Under the pieces are notes generated by a model. It worked only from the letters and a program-made list of their open reading frames with translations. It was not told the origin of the DNA and ran no database searches. This document shows, one piece after another, positions 32,209-46,600 of a stretch of DNA of 64,000 nt. The position numbers and the translations under genes are program-made. This stretch comes from a virus, in IMG/VR virus record IMGVR_UViG_3300045988_095709, positions 33,509 to 97,508 of that record; one strand, written 5' to 3'. Within the stretch, counting starts at the first letter, position 1. Every line of letters starts with the position of its first letter.

Positions 32209-35200
32209 AAATGCAATTAAAACACAAATAAATTCATTCATAAAAGGAATGGATACAGACACGTCATACGAGTTGGTAGATAGTAATAGTTATACATTTG
32301 CAGAAAACATAAGAGTTTTTTCTTTAAACGAAAGCGGAAAATCCTCGAATACCAATTCGTACGGACAAGTCAAATCTATGGAAGGTGTTGGTAATTCTGT
32401 AGATTGTAATTTGGATTCTTTCACTCATAATGATGAAAAAGTATTCAACAATCCAAAAGATATAAAAATAATATCAACAAATAATATAAGAAATTATGGT
32501 ATAATAATTATATCGTTTACTGAAAACGAAAATAAATGTTTTGCTGTAATAAGATTTGAAAATCCTGAAAATAACGGAGGAGATTATAATTTTACACTTG
32601 TGTGTAAAATAAATGAACCGTTGGGAGATCCTACAAAAGAATTAAATAAAGTAAGTACTGTCACTAGATACGAAAGTGATAAATATATAAAATTATATAT
32701 AGCTGACGGTTATCACAACATAATCGTCATAAATATAATGAATTCGTACGGAATACTTGATGATTTTTCATAGATAGAATCTATTAACAAGTCTATATTT
32801 GAATCTCCGATATTAAATGGATTTACAAGTGGAAATTTAAAAACAAGTCTGGTTCAATATTCTTATAGAATATACAATAAAAATGGAATATCTACTGATG
32901 TATCTGTTCCTACAAAATTAATACCGATAGTATTAAGACCAAATAACAAAGACGGAAAAAATATACAAGGTGACGATAAAGATAAAGATACAGGAACTGG
33001 TGTAAAATTAAAAATACATGTTCCGTAGGATGTTCGATTTATGAACAGAATAATTGTATATAGAATAAGTTATATAGAAAACGGACAGACGCCTTCTGTA
33101 GAAGTAATATATAACAATATTATAGATACAGAAGATGAATATATAGATATTGCAGATTACGGATAGGAACCTCTTTCTGAATTAACATTAGAAGAATATA
33201 ACAGTATAACAGGTATTCACATAATACCGAAAGTAATAGAATCTAAGAATGACTACATGTTTGCTGCAAACATAAAAGAAGAAGACTACAATCATTCTTT
33301 CGACGATTTTGATTCTAGATCTTATAGATTCAATCTTGCTGGCAATTCTTATCTATATGATTGTAATGATACTTCTAATGCAGAATACGTAATAAACAGT
33401 AGTAATCCTGATTGGGACAGCGTGTCAAAAGATGCTGATTGTTATAATTTGTACAATGACATGTCTTAGGAATTTGTGGATTATAGCGGAGAACTTGACG
33501 ATAAAAACTATTGTAGATTTGACACTAATGGATATTATGGAGGTAGCGGAAAATACATAAATTGGAGGTTTATAATAACCGAATTGGACGGAGATAGTTC
33601 AGAGTTCGTATCAGATAAAAATGACGGAACTGTTGGATGTTCTAGTAACATTATAAAGTTAGACAATACAAAACCTCTAGATTCTAATATCAAATGTTCT
33701 TACATAAAAGACACCGGTATAGATTATGATACTTAGAAAAATGTTGATTTTTCTAAAATGTATTCTTCTAATTGTTCAAATGGTTATAATTATTCAAATC
33801 CGGTAGTTTCTTATGCGTTAAAATCTTTAAAGAGAGACGAATTATATAGATACGGAATTGTACTGTACGGAAAAAACGGTAAAAAGTCTGCTGTAAAATG
33901 GATATGTGATATCAGAACACCAAATCAATCTACCAACGGATTTGAAACATTCTGTTCAAATAGGATGACTAGTTAGACTAACGGTATCGATCTGAAAGTT
34001 AGACCACTTGGTGTAGAATTTACAGTGGATATAAACAAATACAATGAAGGAAAATCTGCTGACGACTAGATAGAATATTATGAAATAGTAAGATGTAATA
34101 GAAACGATAACGATATTCATAATATAACACAAGGTGTTTTATCTAGACCTGTTCAAAGACAGTTTAATAAGAGTGCTACAAACGTAAACATAGTAGGACA
34201 ACCTTATGTACCGACAGGTACTATTACTACTGCAAACTATTGGGTAGGATAGAAATGGAGAGCTAGAAACGAATCTATATCTAATGAGGATTATGATGGA
34301 TACGAAGCGGATAATTATGAAAACAGATTTTTATACCAATTCATATCTCCTGAGATATTGTATCAAAAAGATTCTACATAGGATTTATTGTAGAAATCTA
34401 ATATATTTCTACATCCTGTAAATTATATATTCGGACAAAATAAAGATTTCGATTACGATAAATAGTTATATACAATATCAGTACCTACAGATCATTTTAA
34501 TGTAGGAATGAATATGTTAGAATCAAATACATACAAGTTCACATTTGCATCTACTGCATATTCTAACTTAAATAAACCATTAGGTGTATACACAGAAGAT
34601 GCAGACGGAGGATATCAAGTGTGTGTTGGAGAAAATACAGAATTACTTGGACAGATAGGATGTAAGAGTGTGTTTGATTACATAAAAACTACAATATCAC
34701 AATATTACGTAACCAATCCGTCTGAAACAACAATGAATAAAAATTTTGTTGCTACATGGTACGGAACAGGTACAGATTATTATAATAAAGACGACAACAA
34801 ACATTCATATCAAGTTTCAGATAGAAATTATAACAACGTATCCAAAGAAGTATTTTCATATTCTAAATTGTACGAACAAGGTTTGGATTTAGCGTTTAGA
34901 ATATATAATGAAGAATCTTATCACAATCGAGTAATAGGCAAACCGGATGAATATGAAAAATACAAACTAAACTATCAAAACGCAGACAGATATGAAATCG
35001 GTGATGTAAAAATGGCAGACGAAATAAAATGGGATGAATTTTTACAAATAACCGACGACGATAAGATACAATACAAATATACAGATTTCAGTACTTCAAT
35101 AGGAAGTTGTACTTTTTGTAACTTTTTCTGTGGTGGTATGTATGAAGAATAGACAATATTAGGTACTTCTGATTCTTCGAATAATATTGTAGGAAGCGGT

Positions 35201-37000
35201 TTGAATGATTTATCTAACGGAGGACTTTCTGACCAAATGTTTGGTCCTGGTGGAAGAACGATGTTGATATATTTAAAAGATACAGATAATATATTATACA
35301 AAACAATAGGTGCGATATCTATGAAATACTATTCTAAGAGAAAGAGTGGTAGTTTTTATGATATAATAAATAATTATTACGCGTTAAATAGGTATCAAGC
35401 AAATATCGGTACTATAATATCTAGATATGAAGATTTAATATCATCTTTAGATACAGACGTTATATATATGAATAGTATACTTGGAACATATATATGTAAC
35501 GTACAATAGGATACTGTTCCGTATAACGGTTACGATTATGTGTCTAGAACGTTAGATAGTTATTATAGTTATGGAAACTTATTCGAAGCTAATAATAATA
35601 GTCACGGTATATTTGACGGAGATTGTTTCATAATGCCTATGGAATATATATCTTTACATAAATATTATTTTCCAAAAATAAAATCTCCAACTACTACTAT
35701 GATAGCATATTCTATACCTGTAGAAACCAATATAAACTTAGCTTATACTTATGGTAACGAATATAGTAGAAACTATAAGGATAGCGGAATATCTAATCTA
35801 CAGATAGAACCTGCAAACGTAAATAATTATTACGCTTAGATAGATCCTTTGTATAATTATAATACTGTATATTCAAGTAACAATTATACTAAAGTATATT
35901 CTCACGAAAGTAATGTGAACGATGAGAATGTAAGCGAAATTGATTACAGATGTCATAATTCTAATGTAAAACTAAATAACGAAAATATAGATAGTTGGAC
36001 TAAGTTTCAACCTGCAGACTATATAGATGTCGATACGAGATACGGTCCTATTACTAATATGAGAAATTTTGAAAACAGATTGATGTTTTGGCAAGAAAAT
36101 GCTTTCGGACAATTAAGTGTGAAAGAACGATCTCAAATAATAGACAGTAACAATCAAAGTCTTATATTAGGAACCGGAGGAGTATTGGACAGATACGATT
36201 ATTACGATTAGACATCCGGAATGCATGAAGAACAATATTGTGATGCACAATCAGATAGTTAGTTATATTGGTATGACGATCACAACAAAGAATTGAAATC
36301 GTTTAATAGACAATCTGTAGTATAGCTGAACAAACAATATAAAACACAAAATGTAATGCACGATTTACATTCTGATATAGAAGAAGAGTAGACGTGTATG
36401 TTTTATGATAATTATTATAACGAATTAATATCAAAAGTATTATAGAATAACAATTCTATAATATATAGTGAATAGAATAGAATATTTACATCTGTATGTA
36501 CTATACCGTTTGACAATTATGTAAAATTCAAAAACGGTACGTTTGTTTTAAAAACAGGAGACGGAAATATAAAAGTAGCTCAATGGAATAAAAAATACAA
36601 TGAAAACGGAGAGTATAGTTGTAGAGATATAGATGGAAATATAATACACACATATATATAGTATGTAGTAAATGATCAGCCTTTATATACTAAGGTTTTT
36701 GATAACTAGGAATTAGTATCTGATAATTTAGATATACCTAAGGATTATTTTAAAAATGGTCATACATACGAATGGAAAACAGAATTAAATAATACAAAAA
36801 CAACAGATTTGTAGATTACAGATAGAGAAGGCAATTTTAGATATTCAATCCCTAGAGCTATTGATTCTGAAGGAAATATTAGTAAATTTGGAAATAGAAT
36901 CAGAGGAAAATATATGATTTGTAGTATATACAACGATAATACTGAGCACGATGCGTCTTTATCTTATATCTTAACTAAATATAGAATATCATGGGCTTAA
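32198..37000 (+). CDS. Large tail structural protein (1600 codons; tail hub or nozzle class by size and position)
   Basis: Eight track ORFs (32198, 33257, 33476, 33758, 34508, 35201, 35540, 35849) share one frame. I read every gap codon by codon and found only TAG. The gene ends at TAA 36998-37000. Confidence 0.75.
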
Positions 37001-38910
37001 AAGATAGAAAAAGAATATTAAATCGTTATCAGGCTGGAAAATCAATAACATTCCAGCCTAGAAGTATATACGATCCTATATATAACGGAGCCGGACCTAT
37101 GACTCCGTTCTTTGATTAGAATTCATTACTAAAAGAAACGAGTTAGGCTTTAACATCTAGTATACCTACTGTTACTAACATAAACAATAGTCCTATAACA
37201 AATACGAATAATAATACACAAACTAACAAATACGGAAATATTTTACAAAATATGAAAGGAGCGTTAGATACTACTATGAATTACGCTCCTCAATTGTTAC
37301 AGTTTGGAGGATAGATAGCAAACGCATTTGGCGGTGTAAAATCGTAGAATGAACTTTTAGGAGAAGCCGGATCTTCTACCGGTACTATTGATGGTATTTC
37401 TTACGAAAAACAAAATTCTGTAGACTCCGAAGGTAACATGAAACAATTAAAAGCAGAAAATACAAGTAATACATTAGGTTTGGCTGCATCTGGAGCGTCT
37501 ATTGGAAATTCTATAGGAGGTCCGATAGGAGCTGTCGCAGGAGGATTAATAGGAGGTATTGCTGGACTGTTTGGTGGAAGTTCTAGAGAAGAAAAATTAA
37601 AAAGAAGAATCAGAGAAGCTCAACAATATACAGGAAGATTGAATTAGTATAATAGATCTGGAGCATAGTCTGACGCATTATATAGAAATTATTATTTAAA
37701 TAACGATTCAAATTAGGACAAGATGATATACGCAAATAATGGAAAGGACAATAACGTATGGTCTCCGTACGGATATCATAAAGGTCCGACAAATAGTATG
37801 GTTGGAAAAGGAGAAAGTATATTGAATCTACAAGACGAAACAGCAACTTATGTATCTAAAGGAAAAAGAGGAGTAGATAACCAACCATCTTCTGTTAGAC
37901 AAGGCGACGATAATATAATATTAGGAAATGATATAGATTGGTCTAACGGAGTTAAATTTTCAGATTAGGCGGCACCTTATACAATGAAATTACAATACAT
38001 AAATAAGCTTAGAGATAAATCTGGAAGATATGATAAATTAAGTTCTCTCAGTCAAAAAACAAAAGATGTACAAAATAGAGAGATAGATAAATATAAACAA
38101 CCAATTATGGACAACCTAAGAAACATATCGAATAGACAGAAAATACAACACGAAATACAGAATAGATATGAAACGTACGGATACGATTCCGGAAAGAATT
38201 CTTATCTGTTTCCAGCTATAGCAGGAATAGGTGCTGCATTAAATCAGTATTCTACTTATAACAATCAACCGATACGTTACCACAATACATATCGTGAAAA
38301 TCCATATCAAGCTGAAGCTTTAGCAGGATTAGCTAGAAATAGATATAATATATATCCTGAATTGGATGCTATAAGAAGAATAAGTAGAATGGGACAATAT
38401 AGTATAAATAATTCTGGAGGATTAAGCGGAGCTTAGAGATATTTAGGAAGAATAGCAAACATTCTAGGAACGCAATAGAATATATCTAAGGTATACAATA
38501 CGGCACAAGAAGCAAATATGAACGCTAGACAAAATTATTATACTCAGTTGTTAAATGCTGGAGCTAAAGACCAGAGTAATAGAATGCAAGCTGCACAGCA
38601 CGATTGGGCTGATTACGTTGCTTCTCACGGTGCTAAATATAAGAATAGAGACATTGCGATATCTAACATGCTTAACCAGATTAATTCTGCTTATGCTAAC
38701 AAATTCAAATACGATACTTGGAAAGATACTGCTGATTTGTATAGACAAAGATTAAATGACGAACAGTTAGAAAAATTAGCACAATTAGAAGGTGCAAGAG
38801 GAGTTTCAACGAGAAATACAATGCCGACGTTTACTAAAACATATAGTTCTGAAACTTCACCGTTCGGTCTTGATTTAAGTTTTAAAAATCTTATTAAATT
38901 ATATAAATAA
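36991..38910 (+). CDS. Virion internal or ejection-type protein with a glycine-zipper membrane segment (639 codons)
   Basis: I read frame 1 line by line from ATG 36991 to TAA 38908-38910. The segment LGLAASGASIGNSIGGPIGAVAGGLIGGIAGLFGG lies at ~37474-37584. Confidence 0.65.
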
Positions 38911-38912
38911 TT

Positions 38913-40640
38913 ATGATATACGGAAGAGATGAAGCCGTTGTGTATCCGGTTGCCGATCTATACGATACCGGAATGATGAATGCATACATATCGGCTGTAA
39001 AAGATGAATACGAAAGAGGACTGAAAGCACAAGACGAATTCGTATCGAAATACGGAGATTTTATGAGTCCTTTTTCTAAAGATGTAGATACTTGGAACCA
39101 ACTCACAATGGACCGAGTAGAGAAAGCATATAACGATTTAGAGAAAATAGGAGTAGATCCGATAAGATCTCAAGAGGGCAGACAGTATTTATATAAAGTA
39201 ATAAGAAGTGTACCTAGAGAAACTCTTTCTAAATTGAAATAGTCTGCTAAAGCTGGAGAAGAATATCTTCAAAATAGATCTAAGTTACAATCGCAAGGAA
39301 GATGGAATCCGGAGTTTGAAAACTTTTTATTAGGTGGTAAGTCTTTTTAGGATTGGAGTACTGTAGATAGTGGAATGTGGGATAGAACTTCTCCTATGGA
39401 ATATAAAGATCTAAAAGAACTAACAAGTCCTTGGATGGCAGGTATAGACTCAGAATTCGATGAGGAATTGACAAAAAAGAAAAACGATGGATTTGATTAC
39501 TATACTACTTCTGAAAAGAAGATAAGAGGGGCAATAAACGATAACATCAACGAGTTCTTACTTAATGATTACGGAAAATTCTTCTACAACAAAGCTCTAA
39601 ACGACGCTAGATCTACAGCGTTGCCTGGAGAAACAGAAGACAGTATAAGATAGAGGGCTAATAAGTTATTAGAAGATTCCATATATAGTAGAAATAGCGT
39701 GCTTACTAGAAAGAAGAGAGAAGTTAATCCTTACTATATGGAAAGAATTAAATATAGTCACGATATAGCTCTTGAGAATTTAAGACACAAGCACGATATG
39801 GATAAACTTAAATGGAAAGCTAATAATTCTGGAACTCAAAAGAAACCAAATACTGTAAACTATAATCAGTCATTACTAGTAAGAGGAGCTTTGAGTTTGT
39901 CTGGTGGACAAAAAGCAGTAAATGCATATTATGGAAATCCGGATATGGGATTCAATTTTGCAACTACGCAAACAAAGAATTCGTTCTTAGGATGGAAGAA
40001 GAAAAATATGAAATTAGGAAGAACGTTTAACTTATCAGGAACAGCTTATAATAATTATAAGAATAGATTCTTAAATTATACAGGATAGATGACTGAAGAT
40101 AAGAAAATGCTTCCTGCAAGATTAGGAAGAAAATATAATACAGTAAGCTCGTTCAACAAGGGTAAAGTATTCTATCTATATCCAAGTGACCTAGACGATA
40201 TAGAAAGTACAGACGAGTTTGTAGTTAACAGTTTCGGAAACGTTAAACCTGTAAAATCAGGATACGTTAGAAAACTTAGAAACAGAATGGCTTACGATAA
40301 GTATCGTGATGACAAAGATGAATTAGTAGAAGATAAGAAATATGCTCCACACGTTTACGCACAACCTACAGGTAGAGTGTTTACTAAAGTTGGTACAAGC
40401 GGATAGATACAACAGTATAGTCAGATTAAGACTTACGATACCGACGGTAAATACATTGGAGAAGGTTATATGAAGATAAACGAAGGAGCTCCTTCTTATA
40501 ACGATCCTAGCGGAATGATGTCTATATATCCGGAAGGAACAAAGTGGACAAATAAACAGTCTGTAATGGATTATAACGTAGACGTAAAAACACTAGGAAG
40601 AAGACAAGTAACAAAAACACAATCCACAGGAGAAGATTGA
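38913..40640 (+). CDS. Hypothetical virion protein (575 codons)
   Basis: The track ORFs 38913, 39375, 39699 and 40089 share a frame, and the gaps contain only TAG. The gene ends at TGA 40638-40640, 1 nt before the giant ORF. Confidence 0.65.
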
Positions 40641-40641
40641 T

Positions 40642-43600
40642 ATGGATATAAAAAGAATGCAAGGCGTCGCTTCATAGATTGCAGTATAGAATGCAAATCA
40701 ATGGGAGTGGGACGTACTTAGACGAGAGCGTCTTAGAGAATTAAGCAAAAGAAGATAGTAGAATAATAATACGGGATCTTCTAATACTAAATAGAAGGAA
40801 CAACAGCAATAGAACGAGTAGGCTCAATAGTCGCAACAAGGCGGCTTTAAGCCTACTTATTCTGCTACATAGAGTTCTCAAAATAAAAACATAAATCTAC
40901 ATCCTTTCTTTCTGAATGACGACGATTCAAATACAGATCCTAATTAGTTTTTATAGCCTATAGAGGTTTAGAATATGGGCTGGAATACACAAACTAAGAA
41001 TTGGATAAACGAAGGATCTACTGGAAATCAACAAAGAAGAATAAATAACAGAAACGAAATATTAGCTAGATCTAAATATAATGTTGATTTATAGTTGCAA
41101 AGAAAGAGAAACATAGCAGAAAATAGTAGGAATGGAGATATGGATTTCTATTATGCTCCATACGAAGATGCTGTAAAAGAATACGAAAAAGAAAAGCAGT
41201 GGTATATAAATACAGATCCTAGAGTATTAGAAGCTAAAAGAAAATACGAATAGATAAAGTCAGGAGAACAGCCTGAAGGATATTTTGACAGAGCTTTGTA
41301 TGCGTTAGGTCAGATATCTACTCTCGATGTGCACGGTGTTGTTAACGGAATACAATCGATATTTGCTGGTAATAAAGCTAAAAAACAAGATTTACTAAAC
41401 GATGCGTACAACGTATGGATGTAGAGAAAAAATGAGACACAGATAGCTACATCTAATGGTAAACTACAAATAGCTGATTAGATATCTAACGTGTTAGACT
41501 CTTCTTCTATAGATAGATATGTAGATGTATGTAACCAATTAATAGCAGATACAGATAGAAGAAATAGTCTTATAGACAAATATACTAGTAGAACAGGATA
41601 GGGTATTACTAGAGAAGAGTCTTTGGAATTAGACATGTTGAAAAACAGAATAAATACACTTACTAAGGAAAAAGACGAATTTGAAAAAAACATAGAATCT
41701 GCAGGAACATACGAATCTAATACTTTGTTGGGAGCTGCAATATCTAATGCGCAAGAATATTTAACCAGTGGAGGAGGTTCTTTTAATTTTGATTTTGGAA
41801 CTGGACTTGGTGGATCTCTATTAGGATTTAGAGAGAACATAACCAAATTGTAGAAAGGATTGGCTACAAGAAATCCTCAGATGGTTGAAGAAGCAAGACA
41901 GAACCTTAAAAGAATAAGAGGTGCTTACGAGAATCAATCTTAGAAAATGAAAAATCTCTGGAGAAAAGATATCGAAAGAGATACTAAAGATTTGAATAGT
42001 TATACCAGCAAATATACAGTTAGTGATTACTTTTTAAATAAAGAACAAGAAGCAAATCAAATATTAAATCCGTTCAATCCTAAGAAGTTGTGGATGGCTC
42101 CTGGTCTTTTAGGAGCATCTTTGTCTGATACTAATAAAATGGCTGTTAGCACAGCTACTGGACTTCTTACTATGTTGCCGATAGGAAGAGCTGCACGAGT
42201 AGGATTACAAGCTGCAAACTATGTGTCGTAGGTAGCTCAGGGAGCAGACGAAAACTTTGCTAACGTAGATTAGGCATACAAAGAGATAGTAAGATCGTCT
42301 TTGACTGAACAAGGATAGTATAGAACGTTTTTATAGGACGGTAGAGAAGCTATCGGAAATCCTGCTGCTACTGACGAGGATATAATAAACGCTTATTTCA
42401 GAGGAGATTATATTCCCAAAGACATAAAAGTCAGAAAGACTTTAATGAATGCTACTACAGGTTCAATGAAGTAGTTCATGTAGGGACAGGGAGTTAATCT
42501 ATTAGACTCTTGGATAGACATGGCTATAGAAACTACACCTGTTGGTAAGTTTGCAAAACTGTCCAAAATAGAAGCTGTAAAGGGCGCAAAACAAGGTCTT
42601 GCGAACATTGGAGAATCGTTAGCTGGAACTAAAGCTGGTCAATTTGTAACAAGTGCTCTAAAGAATTCAAAAGGAAAAGCTACACAGCTTGTAGACAAGA
42701 TGGTAGAGTATGGAGTACGAAGAACAGCAAACGTTTCACAGATAGCCAAAGAGATGCCAAAAAGACTTCTACAGACTAGATATAATCTTGGAGTAGCAAA
42801 TAGAGCAGTAAAAGATATAGCTAAGAGATCTGTGATAGGAGCCTACTCTGAAGCAGTAGAAGAAGGTTTGCAGCAAGAACAGCAATACGAAAGAATGCAC
42901 AATCCTTCTGATTAGTACTATGATGTCTATAAATAGATTCCTAATACTATACTGGGAGGTCCTAGATTGTGGTATTCTTTATTGTTCAAAGATCCAGACA
43001 AGGCTTCGTAGGAAGAATAGGAAATATGGCAAAGCATGGCTGGTGGTATATTAGGATCTTTTGTACAAGGAGGTTCAATGAATATTGTTCGTACTGGAGT
43101 AGACGCTGTACAACAGATGAAGGATGGAGATATCATACTCAACAATATAATAGCTGATAAAATAAACGGTGACACTCAAATCGAAAAGGCAAAGTTGTAT
43201 TCTAAAAAACTAAGAACATAGAGGGGAAAACAAAACCTGATAGATGTATTAGATTAGTATTAGCAATATAATGATAAACTAAATCAATCATATAAAGAAG
43301 GTGGTGTAAAATAGGGAATACCAGAAGAGTGGATAGCTGAAGATAAAGCTATGGTGTAGGATATAGAAAACATTCGATATTCACAAAAAACACAACAGTT
43401 AGCTAATAGATTGGGAATCAAAAATAAAAAGTTCAATCTTATAGACAACGACGATTACGATCTACTTGTAGCGATGCTATATAGAAATCAACAGCAAATA
43501 AAAGAAGACAACGATTCTTTAAGTGAGGTTGTACGTAATCAAGAAAAACAAACTCCTATTACTTTTAACCAGTTCTTAGAAAATCAAGTAAGTGCTGGAA

Positions 43601-46600
43601 ATTTAGATTAGAATTTCTTATAGAGTTATATCGGAGAGCAAAACGGAATAACAAGTTTGGTAAATACTGAAAATTTATCAGAAGAAGAGTTAAACAATGT
43701 TTAGAAAAAATATCAAGAATTACAAAATAGATATAATAATTACATTTCTAACATAGATACGATAGCTAAGCTTGCTGCTAATATGAAAACTCTTCAAGAG
43801 ATAAAAGCTCTTGATAGACTTAACGGTAGACAGTCTTTTATACAAAAACGCGTAGAAAGAGAAGTCAATAAAATAAAACAAAATATAAATAAAATATACG
43901 AACAGCAAGGAAAGCAAGCTCATAAGATGGATACTCTTTCTGACGTAGAAGATTTTTATAAGAAAGCAGGTCTTCCTATAAGTGAGGATTATATAAATAA
44001 CATAAAAACTATAGATGAATACAAATTACAACGAGATTTATCTATAGAAAAAGCTTATAAATTTATAACAGATCCCAAATACGCTAAAAAACAACTGTCT
44101 CAATACAAAGAAACTAAAAAACAAGACGAGTATTTACAACAACAAGTTGAGTCTGACTACTATGATAAAGTTCTACACGATTATGCCGTACAAGACGCTG
44201 AAATAAACGACAGTAATAATATATATGTCGGAGAAGATGGAAAAACTTATGCGGTAAGACTGAATGTAGCAAAAGACGAAAATGGAGAAGACGTTGAGTA
44301 TTATTCTAAACATCTATATGATCCAAAAACTGACGTAATGGACAGAAGTGAACTTCCTTTCGATAAAGAAGAATGGTTCGACGGAAGAGATCAGATAGAT
44401 GATATGACGCAAATAAAATCTCCTCAACTTAGAGAAAACGACGGATCTGAAGAACGTGTAGAAGAATTTTCTAAAAGACGAGATGTAAACGAATAGAAAC
44501 AAAAATATACTCAAGATCTATTAAACGATAAGAGTAGAAATGGTTATACAAGTAGAGCGAATCGTATAGAATCTTTTGTAGATGAAAATTATTCTCCGTA
44601 CAAAAGAGGAAAACAGTATTTCTTAAAGAACGGAGAAGAAGAATTAGAGATAACAAAGACGGAATATAATTACGCTAAATGGTATAAGAAAAACTATTAT
44701 ACAGAACAACAAGAGGAAACACAAGACGATGTTCAAACCGAATAGGAAAATATAGACGGACAGCGTGATAACGTTGAACCACAGGTTTAGAAAGAAGAGA
44801 AACCTTCTGGACCAGAAGAATCTCAGAACACTGAACAAGAACAACCGATAACAAATAAAGAAGTAGAACAACCTGCGAGCGAACCTGAACAGAATCAATA
44901 GGAACAACAAGATTAGGAAGAAGATCAGAAGGTTCCAGATATAAAAATGACAGACGCTCAGAAAAATGTTATATAGGATCTTTCTCAGTTTAAGGTAGAA
45001 GGTAATAAAAAAATAAGATACGATTTGCGTTCTCCTATGGATTATTTTATAGAAGACGAAGATGGAAATATACAAGCGTATCCTAGAGTACATAGTAAAC
45101 TTAAGAAGATGTTCGAATTAGACCATACTGTATATGACAATATGAATTCTATATTCGAAGAACTTGAGAAATACAGACTTGATTTTATCGATGCATTCAA
45201 ACATAGAAATGACAATCAAGATGCCGCAGATAAATATAAAAAGTCTAAAATTTCATACATAAATAAAATAAAACAGTTACAATAGGAATACAACGAGTCA
45301 TTATTGAAAACTGTAAAAAATAATGAAAACTTGTACGATTTCTATAATGTTATTTTGGATGGATATTATTCTAACGATAATATACTAATGAGCAAATCCA
45401 CTACCGATCATATATCTAAAATAGTAGGAAATAGGATTGGTGATAAGGTACAGTTACCTGCTACTTCTGTAATATCTGGTACAATAGTTGACGAAATATG
45501 TAGAAGATGTTTTAGTGGAGAAGATGTTAAAAACGAACCGAGATTCAAAATGGACGATTCTACATTCGAACAACTTAAACAAGACATAATAGATGTAAAG
45601 TCTGACTTCGAAAGCAAAGGTTGGATACTACTTCCGCAACAATATTGTTGGTATACTGAATTAGAAGGAATAGGAAGAATCGCAGGAGAAACAGATATGT
45701 TGGCTGTTGATACTGACGGTTCTGTATATCTTATCGACTTTAAAACAAGTAAGAGATCTTATAAATACGGAACTCAAGTTAAAATTAGTGGGGATAAGTT
45801 AATCACACAACCTTCTAATTACGTAGAAGCTATAGACTGGAGTTTTGCAAAATCTAACTTTTCAGCAAGAGACGAATATAGAACACAGTTTACTTTGTAC
45901 TCTATGATGATACAACAGTGTACTATGTAGAGGCAGAAAGTAAAAACAATAAATATATTAGGATTTACCGTAAAAGCTTCTGTTTCAGATAATGATCTTG
46001 TACAAATTAAATCAATAGAAAAACCTAATTTTATAGAGTTAGAAATACAGGATGATTTGAATACTTATTTGATTTTTGACGAAGATTCTTAGAACACAAT
46101 AAGAAAAGAAAAAGAAAATTATTTAATTCTCATAAATCATATAGAAAATCAGTTACAATCTGATAAAAACTATTTAAATCAGCATTTCGATGAAATAAAT
46201 AAGAGTTCAAACTTATATAGAGAGTTAGAACAACTTTCTACTAGAACTAAAGATATAAAATCTAGAATAAATAAAATAGATATAAACAAAGATCCTGTAT
46301 CTGAATTGAAAAACATTCACGATCAATATCTGTAGTTATCTACTGATTACAGTAATGCTGTACAAAAAGTATAGGATTACTTATCTTAGAAAGCTGAACA
46401 ATATCAACAAGAACAAACACCTACAGTATCTACACAAAGTATACCTGTAGATATACAGTGGGACTTTAAAGAAATAGAAAAATACGATCGTGTATGGTAT
46501 ATAAACGTATCTAGGCAGAACGAAAAGCTTAGACAATTCAGAAGGATTACTACAAATAAAGATTTTATCGAAAACACTACTTTCTATTTGGATACAAACA

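Noticed and set aside
44644-45093. Minus-strand ORFs inside the plus-strand block (for example 44644-45093, 46743-47219, 2807-3190, 6618-6983, 41478-41846, 4433-4741)
   Set aside because: They are antisense to long, motif-bearing plus-strand genes. Their translations are low-complexity (Phe/Leu/Ile/Ser-rich), as expected from the complement of an AT-rich, Lys/Glu-rich coding strand. They have no independent signals.
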